A DNA stretch of 64,000 nucleotides from Candidatus Poseidoniaceae archaeon. GTDB taxonomy: Archaea; Thermoplasmatota; Poseidoniia; Poseidoniales; Poseidoniaceae. Positions 45,921 to 56,082 of the stretch are shown here, one piece after another. Below the pieces are notes generated by a model. It was given only the letters and a program-made list of their open reading frames with translations, was not told the origin of the DNA and made no database searches. Every line of letters starts with the position of its first letter. Positions within the stretch are counted from its first letter, which is position 1. Made by a program: the position numbers and the translations under genes. Where the stretch lies: contig CBFIJH010000001.1 of the NCBI GenBank assembly GCA_965662895.1, positions 96,001-160,000 on the forward strand. Direction: 5' to 3'.

Positions 45921-47447
45921 ATGGGCAAACCAGCCAAAGCCAAGCGTGGCATACCAAGCAAAGTTGAAGATTTCAATGCTTGGTATCCGTTTATCGTTGA
46001 AGCTGCTGAACTTGTCGACAAGCGATACCCAATCAAGGGTATGGATGTCTGGAGGCCCTACGGCTGGAAAGCAATGCGTCAAATAGACGCTTTGACACAT
46101 TCTGAAATGGATCGTACTGGTCACGATGAAGTCAACTTTCCACTACTTATCCCAGAAGACTTGCTTGAGAAAGAGAATGCTTTGGTAGCTCGCCTCAAGC
46201 GTGCTCGAGAAGAAGGTGTTGACCCCGATGAACTGCGAGATGAGGACGAAGAAGCTGGCTTCAAAAAAGAAGTCTATTGGGTTAAGCATGCAGGAGAGAA
46301 TGAACTTGACATTCCGATGTTTCTTCGACCAACTAGCGAGACTGCGATGTATACGATGTTCCCACTCTGGATTCGCAGCCACAAAGATTTGCCACTCAAA
46401 GTGTACCAGATGGTCAATACATTTCGTTACGAAACAAAACAAACACGTTCGTTTATTCGTGTTCGAGAAATTCATTTCTTTGAGGCACACACCGCACACG
46501 CTGATGAAGCAGATGCAACGCGTCAAATTGAACAAGATTTGGAAATCGTTGATCGACTGATGGAAAAACTATGCTTACCGATAATCAAAGCAAAACGTCC
46601 AGTTTGGGACACATTCCCGGGTGCACATTACACTATAGGCATCGATGCTGTCATGCCAAACGGCCGAACGTTGCAAGTTGCGAGTTGCCATCACTATCTC
46701 GATCAATGGGCGAAAGCGTTTGATATCACCTATGAAAATCTTGAAGCCAAACAACAACATGTTCACCAGACGACCTATGGAATGTCCGAACGATTACTCG
46801 GTGCAGTCGTTGGAATGCACGGTGATGATTCGGGCCTCATTATGCCACCAGCCATAGCACCATGGCAAGTCGTTATCTGCCCAATGATTCGAAAGAACTC
46901 CGGAGTCGATACTGTCACAATTTCTCATGAAGTTGCAGATACACTGCGAGACGCAGGATTGCGCGTGCATGTCGATGACCGTGATCTCCACCCTGGTCAG
47001 AAATACTACGATTGGGAAATCAAAGGTGTCCCACTACGCTTGGACATCGGTCCACGAGATGTAGAACAGGGCACTGCATTTGCTGCAAAGCGTACGGGCG
47101 GTAAACAACCACTTCCTATGGAAACAATCGTTCAATCCGTTAACGATGTCTTGAGTGAGATCTCTGAAGAACTTCGCAAACGTTCAACTCAACATATCGA
47201 ACATGTGATTCAACCACTTCCCAAGTTCTCGGAAAAAGATGGGACGTGGAGCATGGATGCAGAGATAAGTGATGGGCACATCTACGAACTGGCTTTTGAT
47301 GGATCCGATGCTCACGCTGAAATCATTGAGCGATCAACTGGTTTGACCTTTTTAGGCGATTCGACCGATCAGTACGAAGAAGATCGACCTTGTCACTTAA
47401 CTGGAAAGCCAACAAAACGCCGAGTTCTTCTTGCGAAAACCTACTGA
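45921..47447 (+). CDS. proS: Proline--tRNA ligase (archaeal/eukaryotic type)
   Basis: RYPIKG, FPLLIP, LRPTSET, FRYETKQTRSFIRVREI, HQTTYGMSER, GVPLR, C-terminal AKTY. Confidence 0.95.
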   Translation: MGKPAKAKRGIPSKVEDFNAWYPFIVEAAELVDKRYPIKGMDVWRPYGWKAMRQIDALTHSEMDRTGHDEVNFPLLIPEDLLEKENALVARLKRAREEGVDPDELRDEDEEAGFKKEVYWVKHAGENELDIPMFLRPTSETAMYTMFPLWIRSHKDLPLKVYQMVNTFRYETKQTRSFIRVREIHFFEAHTAHADEADATRQIEQDLEIVDRLMEKLCLPIIKAKRPVWDTFPGAHYTIGIDAVMPNGRTLQVASCHHYLDQWAKAFDITYENLEAKQQHVHQTTYGMSERLLGAVVGMHGDDSGLIMPPAIAPWQVVICPMIRKNSGVDTVTISHEVADTLRDAGLRVHVDDRDLHPGQKYYDWEIKGVPLRLDIGPRDVEQGTAFAAKRTGGKQPLPMETIVQSVNDVLSEISEELRKRSTQHIEHVIQPLPKFSEKDGTWSMDAEISDGHIYELAFDGSDAHAEIIERSTGLTFLGDSTDQYEEDRPCHLTGKPTKRRVLLAKTY

Positions 47448-47785
47448 TTCTTGAGAAATTCAAGAATCAACTCGGGCGGTCTGCCAAGCACTGCTTGACC
47501 ATTGTGAATAAGGACAGGACGCTCCATACATTGTGGCTGTTCAAGAAGCAACGTTTGAATCGAATCAAGACTGAGTTGATGTACATCAACTTCACCAACA
47601 ATGTCCTTCTTTCGGACAATGTTTTCCAAAGATGCAAGAATTGCAACATCTTCCTCATCGATTCCTTCGGTTAGATATCGATAGTCTTCAAATTCAATGC
47701 CTGCTTCTTCGAGGAGTGCAACTGCTTGCCTAGATTTCGAACATCGTGGATTGTGGTACAATCGCAACGTTCCAACCCCATTCAC
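47441..47785 (-). CDS. ArsC/Spx family protein (arsenate reductase-like)
   Basis: LYHNPRCSKSR, ERPV, LGRPPE; GTGA overlap with srp54 stop. Confidence 0.8.
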   Translation of the reverse strand: MNGVGTLRLYHNPRCSKSRQAVALLEEAGIEFEDYRYLTEGIDEEDVAILASLENIVRKKDIVGEVDVHQLSLDSIQTLLLEQPQCMERPVLIHNGQAVLGRPPELILEFLKNQ

Positions 47786-49152
47786 ATGCCAAAGGAGGAC
47801 GGGTCCATATCCATTTCCCCGTCTTTCATCATCTTCCGCATTTGTTTGTTCAGTTTGCGGTTTCCACCCATTCCTTTCATCATCTTACGAGATCGTTTCC
47901 ACTGCGCAATCAATTCGCGAACATCTTTTTCCTTGACGCCTGAACCTCGAGCGATGCGTTGTATACGGTCTGCTTTTATTTTGGCGGGTTCGTTCTTCTC
48001 CCATGCGGTCATCGAATCCATAATGGTGCGATAACGGTCAAGGTTTCCTTGCATCGCTTCCTTTTGAGATTTCGACATACCGCCTAAGCCACCGAACATA
48101 TTTCCTGGCAAAAACGACATCAGCTTATCGATAGTTCCAACTTTTGCCATCATTTCCATCTGTTTGTACATATCGTTCAGCGTAAACCGACCCGACATGA
48201 GACGTTGCGTCAATCGCATCGCTTCCTCTTCATCCAAGTCTTCTGGAGCGAGGTCGATAAGACCGCGAATATCTCCCATTCCTAAGAGACGTGAAATAAA
48301 CCGATCGGCTTCGAATTTTTCGAGATCGGACACTTTTTCTCCAACACCAATGTGCACCAAGGGAGCACCTGTTGCAGCAACAGCAGACAGTGCTCCACCA
48401 CCACGAGCAGTTCCGTCGAGTTTCGTAACGACGATACCGGTTACCCCTGCTAAGTCGTGGAAGGATGCCGCTACAGGACCCGCTGCTTGTCCGACTTGAG
48501 CATCGATGACCAACCAACGTTCCGTAGCTCTTGTAATCGATGCAATGCGTTCGAGTTCTTCCACTAGTTCGTCATCAAGTTGGTGACGTCCAGCAGTGTC
48601 AACAATAACGAGATCCGCAGCAGAACATGCCGCAAGGCCATTGCGGACAATTGTTGCAGCGTCTTTCTCATCGGGTTCTCCATAAACTGTAACGCTTGAA
48701 TCTTCAAGCAATTGTGAGAGTTGCGCATAGGCTCCGGGTCGATGCACGTCCGCTTCGATTACTGCAACGCGCAAACCGTGTTTTTTTCTGTACCATTCCG
48801 CCAGTTTCGCAGTCGTTGTGGTTTTTCCTTGCCCATACAGACCGACAAGAAGCAGCGTTGCACCGCGTGGTTGGAATTCATGGTTGCTCCCCAAAATTCG
48901 CACCAATTCGAGATACAAGATGTTCATTGCGTGAGTTTGGAGATTGATGCCTGGGCGTGGTTCTTCCTCACGCATCCGTTCCTCGAGGCGATCAACGATT
49001 TCCTTGGTTTGTCGAACGTTAAAATCCGCTTCTTGTAATGCGCGACGAAGGCTCTTTGTCATCTCTTTGAGTTCTTCTTCATTGAGGCGCCGCTTGCTTC
49101 GGAGCAAACCGAGGGAACGGAAAATCCCACGTGAGAGTCCTTCTAGCGCCAT
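47782..49152 (-). CDS. srp54: Signal recognition particle protein SRP54
   Basis: GLYGQGKTTT, DVHRPGA, DTAGR, TKLDGTARGGGALS, Met-rich M domain with IMDSMT and RIARGSG. Confidence 0.95.
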   Translation of the reverse strand: MALEGLSRGIFRSLGLLRSKRRLNEEELKEMTKSLRRALQEADFNVRQTKEIVDRLEERMREEEPRPGINLQTHAMNILYLELVRILGSNHEFQPRGATLLLVGLYGQGKTTTTAKLAEWYRKKHGLRVAVIEADVHRPGAYAQLSQLLEDSSVTVYGEPDEKDAATIVRNGLAACSAADLVIVDTAGRHQLDDELVEELERIASITRATERWLVIDAQVGQAAGPVAASFHDLAGVTGIVVTKLDGTARGGGALSAVAATGAPLVHIGVGEKVSDLEKFEADRFISRLLGMGDIRGLIDLAPEDLDEEEAMRLTQRLMSGRFTLNDMYKQMEMMAKVGTIDKLMSFLPGNMFGGLGGMSKSQKEAMQGNLDRYRTIMDSMTAWEKNEPAKIKADRIQRIARGSGVKEKDVRELIAQWKRSRKMMKGMGGNRKLNKQMRKMMKDGEMDMDPSSFGM

Positions 49153-49190
49153 GTGGTGGCGTAGGCCCCCTCTCCTTTGAATCCAACGGC

Positions 49191-50444
49191 TCAGTTCTCA
49201 GAAAGAGGAATTTCGAGACGCAAAACATCGTCCTCAAGTTTGGCTTTAACTTGGGTGGATTTTGTCGGGAAGCGAGTCGGAATCGGGTGCTCACGTCCAT
49301 TTACTCCAACATAGAGAACGCCTTCTTCGCTACGCAAGGATAAATCCTCTCGTTCCAATCCAGGAAAATGAAGATGGATGATTTCAAAATCATCCCCCTC
49401 TTCAACGAACATGCCACGGTGGATGGAGTGCTTCAATCGGTCACCGATAGCATATGGACCTAATTCTTCTGAGAGCTGTTGAGGTTCACCGTACAATAGG
49501 AGCCCATAATCACGTAATCGTTCCAAACCTTGGACCTCAGAATCGAATAAATCCATCGTCGTAACATGAACATCAAGGCTCTCTTTCAATTCAGCAATGT
49601 GACCTTGTTCCTCAGAGCGTCGACGTTGCAAGAATGGGTGATCGAGTTCGGGCGTGACACGGTTCACCAAACAACCCGTAACAGGCAGTTCGTATTCATT
49701 CAGCGATGCACTTGCTCGTACTGTTTCGTTAACACCCATGCGCTCAGGGATGGTAACGAGAGTAAACGACGTTGTGGATGCATCACTCAGCACACGCCGA
49801 ACGTGCAGAACGCGACGACGAAAGCGTTCAAGTTCTTCTTTCATAGCATCACTCTGCTTTCGACCAAACAACATCGAACGAATTCCTCCCGATACCCGCA
49901 TCATCCTCAACAATCGGCCAGACCAAGCCTCGATGAGTTCGGGGAGGGAAAGAAAACGCAAGGTATGGCCAGTTGGAGCGGTATCGAAAACAATGACGTC
50001 CCACAATGGATTTTCAACATGTTTGAGCAATTCGTCGAATGCTATAGCTTCATCAAGTCCAGGAAGAATGAGTTCGCTTGAATCAACTTCCTCTTTGATG
50101 GACGCCATTTCATCTTTTGCGGATGAATCAAACATACCACCAAGTCCGCCAAAGGACGCAAGGGGAGATGAGGACATTCCAGAAAGACTTTCACCAAGTT
50201 TCGGCATAAATGTCGAAAGTTTAGCTTCGGGATTCAATTCGAGACCGTATAGTCCAGGCACGCCCTCAACTTCAGTCGGTTCAGAACCCAATTCAACACC
50301 TAAGGAGTCGGAGGTTGAATGCGCAGGGTCGCTTGATACAAGGAGAACTTTAAGTCCTGAATCAGCCAACCAGACGGCGGTAGAAGCGGAAGTTGTTGTC
50401 TTACCAACACCACCTTTTCCTCCAAACAATAGAAGTCTCGCCAT
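49191..50444 (-). CDS. ArsA/Get3 (TRC40)-family ATPase with C-terminal HSP20-like domain
   Basis: GKGGVGKTT, SDPAHS, PGLDE, DTAPTGHTLRFL, VNR; C-terminal FPGLEREDLSL...AKLEDDVLRL. Confidence 0.88.
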   Translation of the reverse strand: MARLLLFGGKGGVGKTTTSASTAVWLADSGLKVLLVSSDPAHSTSDSLGVELGSEPTEVEGVPGLYGLELNPEAKLSTFMPKLGESLSGMSSSPLASFGGLGGMFDSSAKDEMASIKEEVDSSELILPGLDEAIAFDELLKHVENPLWDVIVFDTAPTGHTLRFLSLPELIEAWSGRLLRMMRVSGGIRSMLFGRKQSDAMKEELERFRRRVLHVRRVLSDASTTSFTLVTIPERMGVNETVRASASLNEYELPVTGCLVNRVTPELDHPFLQRRRSEEQGHIAELKESLDVHVTTMDLFDSEVQGLERLRDYGLLLYGEPQQLSEELGPYAIGDRLKHSIHRGMFVEEGDDFEIIHLHFPGLEREDLSLRSEEGVLYVGVNGREHPIPTRFPTKSTQVKAKLEDDVLRLEIPLSEN

Positions 50445-50530
50445 GAAGGTGACAGTACAAGGAGGTGTTTGAACTCATTGCCTCCGAATATTCCTAATCA
50501 TATTATGTAGGCGAGGCCGCAGGATAAACT

Positions 50531-51325
50531 GTGGTCAACGATTTTGTCACCTTCCAAGTGGCTGCTGTATGCGGTCTAATCGGAATGACGCTTGGATGGC
50601 GCGGTGTGATGACAAAATATTCCGGTTTCTACGATCTTCCCACCGCCTGGAATCAAGTTTTTTGGGGGATTTTACTCGGTGGAGCCTTCGCTTCCTATGC
50701 AGATAGTTCCCTTTTCCTTCCGTATTATGAAGCACAAATATCTGGTGTTCGAACTGCAGAATTGAATGTTATTCGTCTCATCTTGGTCCCCTTAATCGCA
50801 ACGATTGGAATGCATTTTCTTCTCCGTAGGAAACGCGTTCGTAAAGGTGGATCTCAAGCAACAAGCGGTTGGGCACTCGGTCTTGCAGTTGGAGGTATGT
50901 TCGCTATTGTCCTTATCACTCGGAAGATTCAAGCAGGTTTTGGGTCGTCCATCGACGTTGCCACAATCGTGTTGATTGGGTTTTTTGCACCTCGAGTGGA
51001 GGCAGTGATTACTGCATATCATGGAACATTAATGCTCAGAGGTAAACGCTGGGGTGCAATTTTCCGTGCAACATTTTGGCGTGCATCCTCACTGACCATG
51101 TTTTACTTTGCTTGGTTTAGCCCCATTGCTTGGGTTTTCATTGTACCACCAGTTCTTCTCGTTCAGGATTCCGCTGAAAAATGGGTGTGGGATTCCGTCC
51201 CGAAGGAAGGTCGACGTCGCTGGAGGCGAATGCAGGCTGACAAAAAACGAGAACAACAAGCATCCTCCAGGCTGATACAAGCACCGAAACAAGCGCAGGT
51301 GGCTGCGATATTCGATGATGAATGA
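50531..51325 (+). CDS. Hypothetical multi-pass membrane protein
   Basis: About 7 hydrophobic segments; basic C-terminal tail. Confidence 0.7.
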   Translation: MVNDFVTFQVAAVCGLIGMTLGWRGVMTKYSGFYDLPTAWNQVFWGILLGGAFASYADSSLFLPYYEAQISGVRTAELNVIRLILVPLIATIGMHFLLRRKRVRKGGSQATSGWALGLAVGGMFAIVLITRKIQAGFGSSIDVATIVLIGFFAPRVEAVITAYHGTLMLRGKRWGAIFRATFWRASSLTMFYFAWFSPIAWVFIVPPVLLVQDSAEKWVWDSVPKEGRRRWRRMQADKKREQQASSRLIQAPKQAQVAAIFDDE

Positions 51326-51410
51326 AGTCGCCGCCAAAGACATCATGTATCAATGGTTTGGTCGGTCTTCTCACACAAGCATTAAACCATGACTGCGAAA
51401 GCAACAATGC

Positions 51411-53006
51411 ATGGGTTCCTGCCCTTACTGCAGCGCGACTACGTTGCCAGCGGACACTATCTGCTATTCATGTGGTCGGGTTTTGACGAACAGTTCCATC
51501 ATGGAACAGAGAATCCAGTTGCAAAAAGAACGTTACAACAATCTCAATGCATACAAAATGACGTCAACCCCGAAACGGCGTGGTGTTGTTCAAACAGATC
51601 GTGGCCGAACCAAGAACATCCTCAAAGGACGCAAGAATCGTTTCCGCAGCCTCATTATGCTTGGATTGGTTGCGTTCATTATGCTCTCACCTCAGGCAAG
51701 GGAGATGACGATTGGAAAAATTGGAGAGGCAAAAGAGTTCATCATGAATCCGACATCGGGATACCTCGTTTACGATATCGAGGCCGATTACACACTCAAT
51801 CGAATCATCACATACGAAAACGAAGACACAGATATGAATGAATTCTTCAACGAAACGTTACCAATATCACCCGATGTTTATGCATTGGAAGACAGCAATT
51901 TCATGTATTCGTACACCGATGGTTCTCAAGACTTGCCCAACCAAAAGATACAGGACGTGACCGAAATCGAGTTACGAGTAGACGGCCAATCGATCAATAT
52001 TCCAACCGAGAATTCAGCCATACGATCGCACAATGAGGCAATCGTTACGCAAGGAGGACACAAAATTTGGTGGCCCGGTACATCAGGTTCAGGTGTTCAC
52101 TATTGCATCGGGGGACCTTGTGTCAAGCTCAATGTAAATTTAGAGCCCAGTGAAACGCTCACTGTCGAATATTTGGTTACCATCAGCACGAAGTCCTACT
52201 CATGGTGGTCCGAAGTTGACGATGTCGATCCAAGGATTCCAGGATATTCTTCAGGTATTCTTGAGCAAAACAGTGGAACATTTGATGATTTCCAGAACCG
52301 TGGCCAGGGTGAACGTCAATCTGATTTCTCTGCGCTAAGGTGGTACAACAAAAATCGTCCAGATTACGCTATTGACGCAACAGGTGCAACCGTCATAGCA
52401 GCTGTTTCTGCTATCGATTCAAACCTTCCCGATGGCAACCAGAATGCGTATGCATTCGCTCGAGCTGCTTTCGATTATATTCGAGACAACATCGAATACT
52501 ACACTTGTCCGCCCGGTGATTCAAGTTGTGCAGGATTGCCCGCTCTCAGCGGCCCATCTTGTCTGGCAGCAGGCCAGGGTGATTGCGATGAACAAACCAA
52601 TGCTTTCCTGAGCCTTCTTCGTGCAAAAGGCATACCTGGCTGGTATGTGTTTGGAATCTTATCCAGCAATTCCTATTCAAAATGGGAAGCGCATGCTTGG
52701 GGTTACATCCAATTGCCAATGTCGACAGAATGGTGCAATGAAAACAAGATTGAACTCGACACGTGCTACATTGAAGCCTCGGTTGACGTAACCAACAACA
52801 AATGGCTGCTACACACAGCATCTGCGCTCATCGATTGGATAGAGCAACCCGACCCAGGTCGAGATGGAACCTACATCAACGCTTATTATCGGCCACTTTC
52901 TTATTCTGATACGGACGATGATGATGTCCGAGTACAACGCGACCGAATCTTTGCCTTGGAAGGCCCTGTGAGTTACGGTGGCGGTAAGTTCCCAGTTTAC
53001 AGTTGA
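51411..53006 (+). CDS. Transglutaminase-like (Cys-His-Asp) protein with N-terminal Zn-ribbon and TM anchor
   Basis: CPYC...CYSC; TM LIMLGLVAFIML; FDYIRDNIEY, GDCDEQ, LLRAKGIP, HAW, VDVT. Confidence 0.82.
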   Translation: MGSCPYCSATTLPADTICYSCGRVLTNSSIMEQRIQLQKERYNNLNAYKMTSTPKRRGVVQTDRGRTKNILKGRKNRFRSLIMLGLVAFIMLSPQAREMTIGKIGEAKEFIMNPTSGYLVYDIEADYTLNRIITYENEDTDMNEFFNETLPISPDVYALEDSNFMYSYTDGSQDLPNQKIQDVTEIELRVDGQSINIPTENSAIRSHNEAIVTQGGHKIWWPGTSGSGVHYCIGGPCVKLNVNLEPSETLTVEYLVTISTKSYSWWSEVDDVDPRIPGYSSGILEQNSGTFDDFQNRGQGERQSDFSALRWYNKNRPDYAIDATGATVIAAVSAIDSNLPDGNQNAYAFARAAFDYIRDNIEYYTCPPGDSSCAGLPALSGPSCLAAGQGDCDEQTNAFLSLLRAKGIPGWYVFGILSSNSYSKWEAHAWGYIQLPMSTEWCNENKIELDTCYIEASVDVTNNKWLLHTASALIDWIEQPDPGRDGTYINAYYRPLSYSDTDDDDVRVQRDRIFALEGPVSYGGGKFPVYS

Positions 53007-53017
53007 GGTGATGAATC

Positions 53018-54439
53018 ATGCGTGTAATTATTGGAGGAGCAGGTCGAGTAGGTTCAGAATTAGCTCGTGCAATGCGAGCAGAAACCATGGATGTTGTCCT
53101 CATTGACAGCGATTCAAGGGCAGTAAAAAATGCACAATCACTTGATGCCCTTGTGATTCATGGAGACATTACCTCCCGAGAATCCTTGCAAGAAGCAGGT
53201 ATCGGGGACGCAACCGTATTTGTGGCAGTCACAGATTCCGATGATCGCAATCTCATTGCATGTGCTCTTGCAGAAGATGAATACAAACGCCAGAATGGGG
53301 TTTCAATCAAAAACAATCTCCTTTCCATTGGTCGTTTTCGTGATAGGAATTACGTGAACGAACATGAACAAGGGCACTTATCCCGTTGGGCTGCGGTCGA
53401 TTATGCCATTGACCCAGTGGACGGAGCAATTCAACGTCTTGCAACAGGCCTGCGTTCCTCTGCGATCGAGGAAGTGATTCCGTTTGGACATGAAGCCTAC
53501 ATCATTGAGTTGAACGTTACAAAAAATGCTGAGCAAGTCATCTATCAGACACTCGGAGAGGCAAGTCTCGGGATTGAAGGTGGATTGCCGCTTATTGTTG
53601 GAGTTAAGCGAGACGGTGAGCCCAGTACTGTTCCTGGCAAAGATTTCACCTTGATGCCAAAAGATCGGATTGCAGTAGCAACAAGTGGCCTTGGCTCGTT
53701 TAGCCGTATCTTAACCGCATTTGGGCATGAATCGATTGATTTCCCAACACAACCACGAGTTGCCATCATTGGAGCAACAGATGTTGGGAGAAGAATTGCT
53801 GAAAATTGGCTCAAAAATGGTGCCTATGTTACTGTTATTGAACGCAACCTCAACATTGCAAATGCGCTTTCAGGCTCAGATATTGGCGCCCATGCGAGTT
53901 TGGATGTCATTCATGGAGATTTCTTGGACCGAAATATTCTGACCGAAATTGGAATCAATGAACATCACATCGCTATCGCTGCACTGGAAGACGATCACAT
54001 TTCTATTGCTGCTGCGCTTTTGGCAAGCGACATGGGTGTGACACGCACTGGACTCATTCTGAAGGACTCCGATCTTGTGACCGTCACTCAACGCATGGGA
54101 ATCACGTTTGCGGTGGACATCAAACGCGTTGCCGTCGATAACATTCTCGCCCACATCCATACAAAAGCATCTGGAGCGTACGCTATTCTCTCCAACATTC
54201 CTGACGTTGTTGGCATCAGTCAAACTGTTTCGAAAGATTCAAAATATGCTGGTAAAATGATTGGGAATTCAGGTTTACCAGATTGGTCAAGGATTGCATT
54301 CATACAGCGACGTAATACAACAGGCTACTGGGAAACATTGCGACCTGCGAGGGAAAAAACGATTGTTGAGGGTGATCGACTCATTTTGTTTTGCCGACCG
54401 GATCGTGTTGCCGATCTTGAGAAACGATTCAAGGTGTGA
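53018..54439 (+). CDS. trkA: Trk system K+ uptake protein TrkA
   Basis: GGAGRVG RCK-N, AVTDSDDRN, duplicated RCK-N/RCK-C; upstream of trkH. Confidence 0.88.
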   Translation: MRVIIGGAGRVGSELARAMRAETMDVVLIDSDSRAVKNAQSLDALVIHGDITSRESLQEAGIGDATVFVAVTDSDDRNLIACALAEDEYKRQNGVSIKNNLLSIGRFRDRNYVNEHEQGHLSRWAAVDYAIDPVDGAIQRLATGLRSSAIEEVIPFGHEAYIIELNVTKNAEQVIYQTLGEASLGIEGGLPLIVGVKRDGEPSTVPGKDFTLMPKDRIAVATSGLGSFSRILTAFGHESIDFPTQPRVAIIGATDVGRRIAENWLKNGAYVTVIERNLNIANALSGSDIGAHASLDVIHGDFLDRNILTEIGINEHHIAIAALEDDHISIAAALLASDMGVTRTGLILKDSDLVTVTQRMGITFAVDIKRVAVDNILAHIHTKASGAYAILSNIPDVVGISQTVSKDSKYAGKMIGNSGLPDWSRIAFIQRRNTTGYWETLRPAREKTIVEGDRLILFCRPDRVADLEKRFKV

Positions 54440-56082
54440 ACATGCGATTTGATGTTCTCAATCTCATCCTTGGATGGACGCTCGTTGCACTGACCGTTCC
54501 GTTGTTATTGTGCGTTCTCGTCACTGGATTTTTGGACGACTGGGAACTTGCATTACGAGCATTTTCGATACCTGCAGGTCTTTCTCTATTGATCGGTCTT
54601 CTGATGTTGCGCTTTGGAACAAAACGGAACACACACAACCGATTACGAGACCGAGAGGCGTTCGCAGCCGTAGCACTGGTATGGCCACTTGCCGTATTTA
54701 TTGGCGCACTTCCATATTGGTTCGGAGGAATGTTTCACGGGCCGTTTACGGATGGTTCAACATTCTTGGATGTGGCACGAGGAGCCGTAAATTCATGGTT
54801 TGAATCGATGTCAGGGTTCACAACGACAGGTGCTACAGTCATCTCAACATCCATGAGCCCGAATTGTTTACCAGGTATGGATTGCATCAATTCCCAACCT
54901 CGTGGTCTTCTGTTTTGGAGATCGTTAACGCAGTGGTTTGGAGGAATGGGAATCATCATGCTTGGAATGATGATTTTATCTCGCGTCATCGGGGGAGGTA
55001 TGGCTCTTGCCCGTGCAGAATTAACAGGACCCTCACTCTCACGCTTGAAACCAAAACTACAGGAGACTGCCTTGGCTTTGTGGGGCCTGTATTTGGCACT
55101 AACTCTGCTTGAATTGGTTCTTTTACGAACCCTTGGAGGCATGAATTGGTTTGATTCGATTAATCACGCACTCACTACAATGCCAACAGGAGGGTTTTCA
55201 ACGTATGACGCAAGTATTGGTCATTTTCAATCCTACACAGTTGAGTTGATCATAATCTTGTTCATGTTTATTGGTGGAATTAACTTTACATTGCTGTGGT
55301 TCATTCGAGAGGGACAATTTCGTAAAGCTGCAGGTGATGAAGAATTCAAGAATTACATCGTATACATATTGACAACATTCGTGTTCATTACCATAGCTTT
55401 GCTCGCTACTCGTGATTATACAACAGCAGATTCATTCATTGATTCGCTGTTCCACGTTGTTTCACTTGGAACATCGACAGGGTATACATCGACAGATTAC
55501 ATGCAATGGCCTGTTGTGACACATCTGTTTCTCTTCCTTCTCATGATTGTTGGAGCCTCAGCTGGGAGCACGAGTGGTGGGTTGAAACTTTTACGAATTA
55601 ACCTCGCATTCAAAGTGGCCATGCGAGAATTGGTACGAATTGCCCAACCACGTAAAGTGCAAAAAATCCGCATGAATGGAGAGGTGGTTGGTGATCAACA
55701 ACTCGGTCTCATCGTTGGAATGTTGTTCGTTTGGATTGGACTGTTCGCTATCTCTTCGATCCTACTCGCATTCATTGTTCCAGGAGAAAATTTTGAATCC
55801 ATTCTAGCCTTAGTCGCCTCGAGTTTGGGCAACACTGGGCCAACAATAGGAAATTATGGTCCAACCGAAACATGGGCAGGTCTCAATTCAGGTGCACTCG
55901 TCATAACATCGATCTTGATGTGGTTTGGACGTCTTGAACTTCTGACTGCCGTTATCTTGTTGCATCCACATACGTGGAGGTCGGAATCCAAAGATCAAGC
56001 ACCGCGAGGTGCTCTGGCTCGATTGAAGCGAATGGTTTCAAGGGAGCCTCATGAAGATTCAGAACAAGGTCCTTTGGGCTGA
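54436..56082 (+). CDS. trkH: Trk system K+ uptake membrane protein TrkH
   Basis: FESMSGFTTTGAT, WRSLTQWFGGMG, TGGFS, TSTGY, GSTSGGLK, LGNTGP, GRLE. Confidence 0.93.
   Translation: MNMRFDVLNLILGWTLVALTVPLLLCVLVTGFLDDWELALRAFSIPAGLSLLIGLLMLRFGTKRNTHNRLRDREAFAAVALVWPLAVFIGALPYWFGGMFHGPFTDGSTFLDVARGAVNSWFESMSGFTTTGATVISTSMSPNCLPGMDCINSQPRGLLFWRSLTQWFGGMGIIMLGMMILSRVIGGGMALARAELTGPSLSRLKPKLQETALALWGLYLALTLLELVLLRTLGGMNWFDSINHALTTMPTGGFSTYDASIGHFQSYTVELIIILFMFIGGINFTLLWFIREGQFRKAAGDEEFKNYIVYILTTFVFITIALLATRDYTTADSFIDSLFHVVSLGTSTGYTSTDYMQWPVVTHLFLFLLMIVGASAGSTSGGLKLLRINLAFKVAMRELVRIAQPRKVQKIRMNGEVVGDQQLGLIVGMLFVWIGLFAISSILLAFIVPGENFESILALVASSLGNTGPTIGNYGPTETWAGLNSGALVITSILMWFGRLELLTAVILLHPHTWRSESKDQAPRGALARLKRMVSREPHEDSEQGPLG

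Noticed and set aside
47441-50444. Arsenic-resistance operon (arsA + arsC)
   Set aside because: No ArsB/Acr3, ArsR or ArsD; the ATPase lacks metalloid-binding cysteines; srp54 lies between the two genes
49654-50472. 272-aa plus-strand ORF, and other long shadow ORFs such as 16167-16760, 43192-43806 and 57817-58434
   Set aside because: They lie antisense to well-supported genes, have shadow-like composition (often Ser/Thr-rich) and no recognisable motifs
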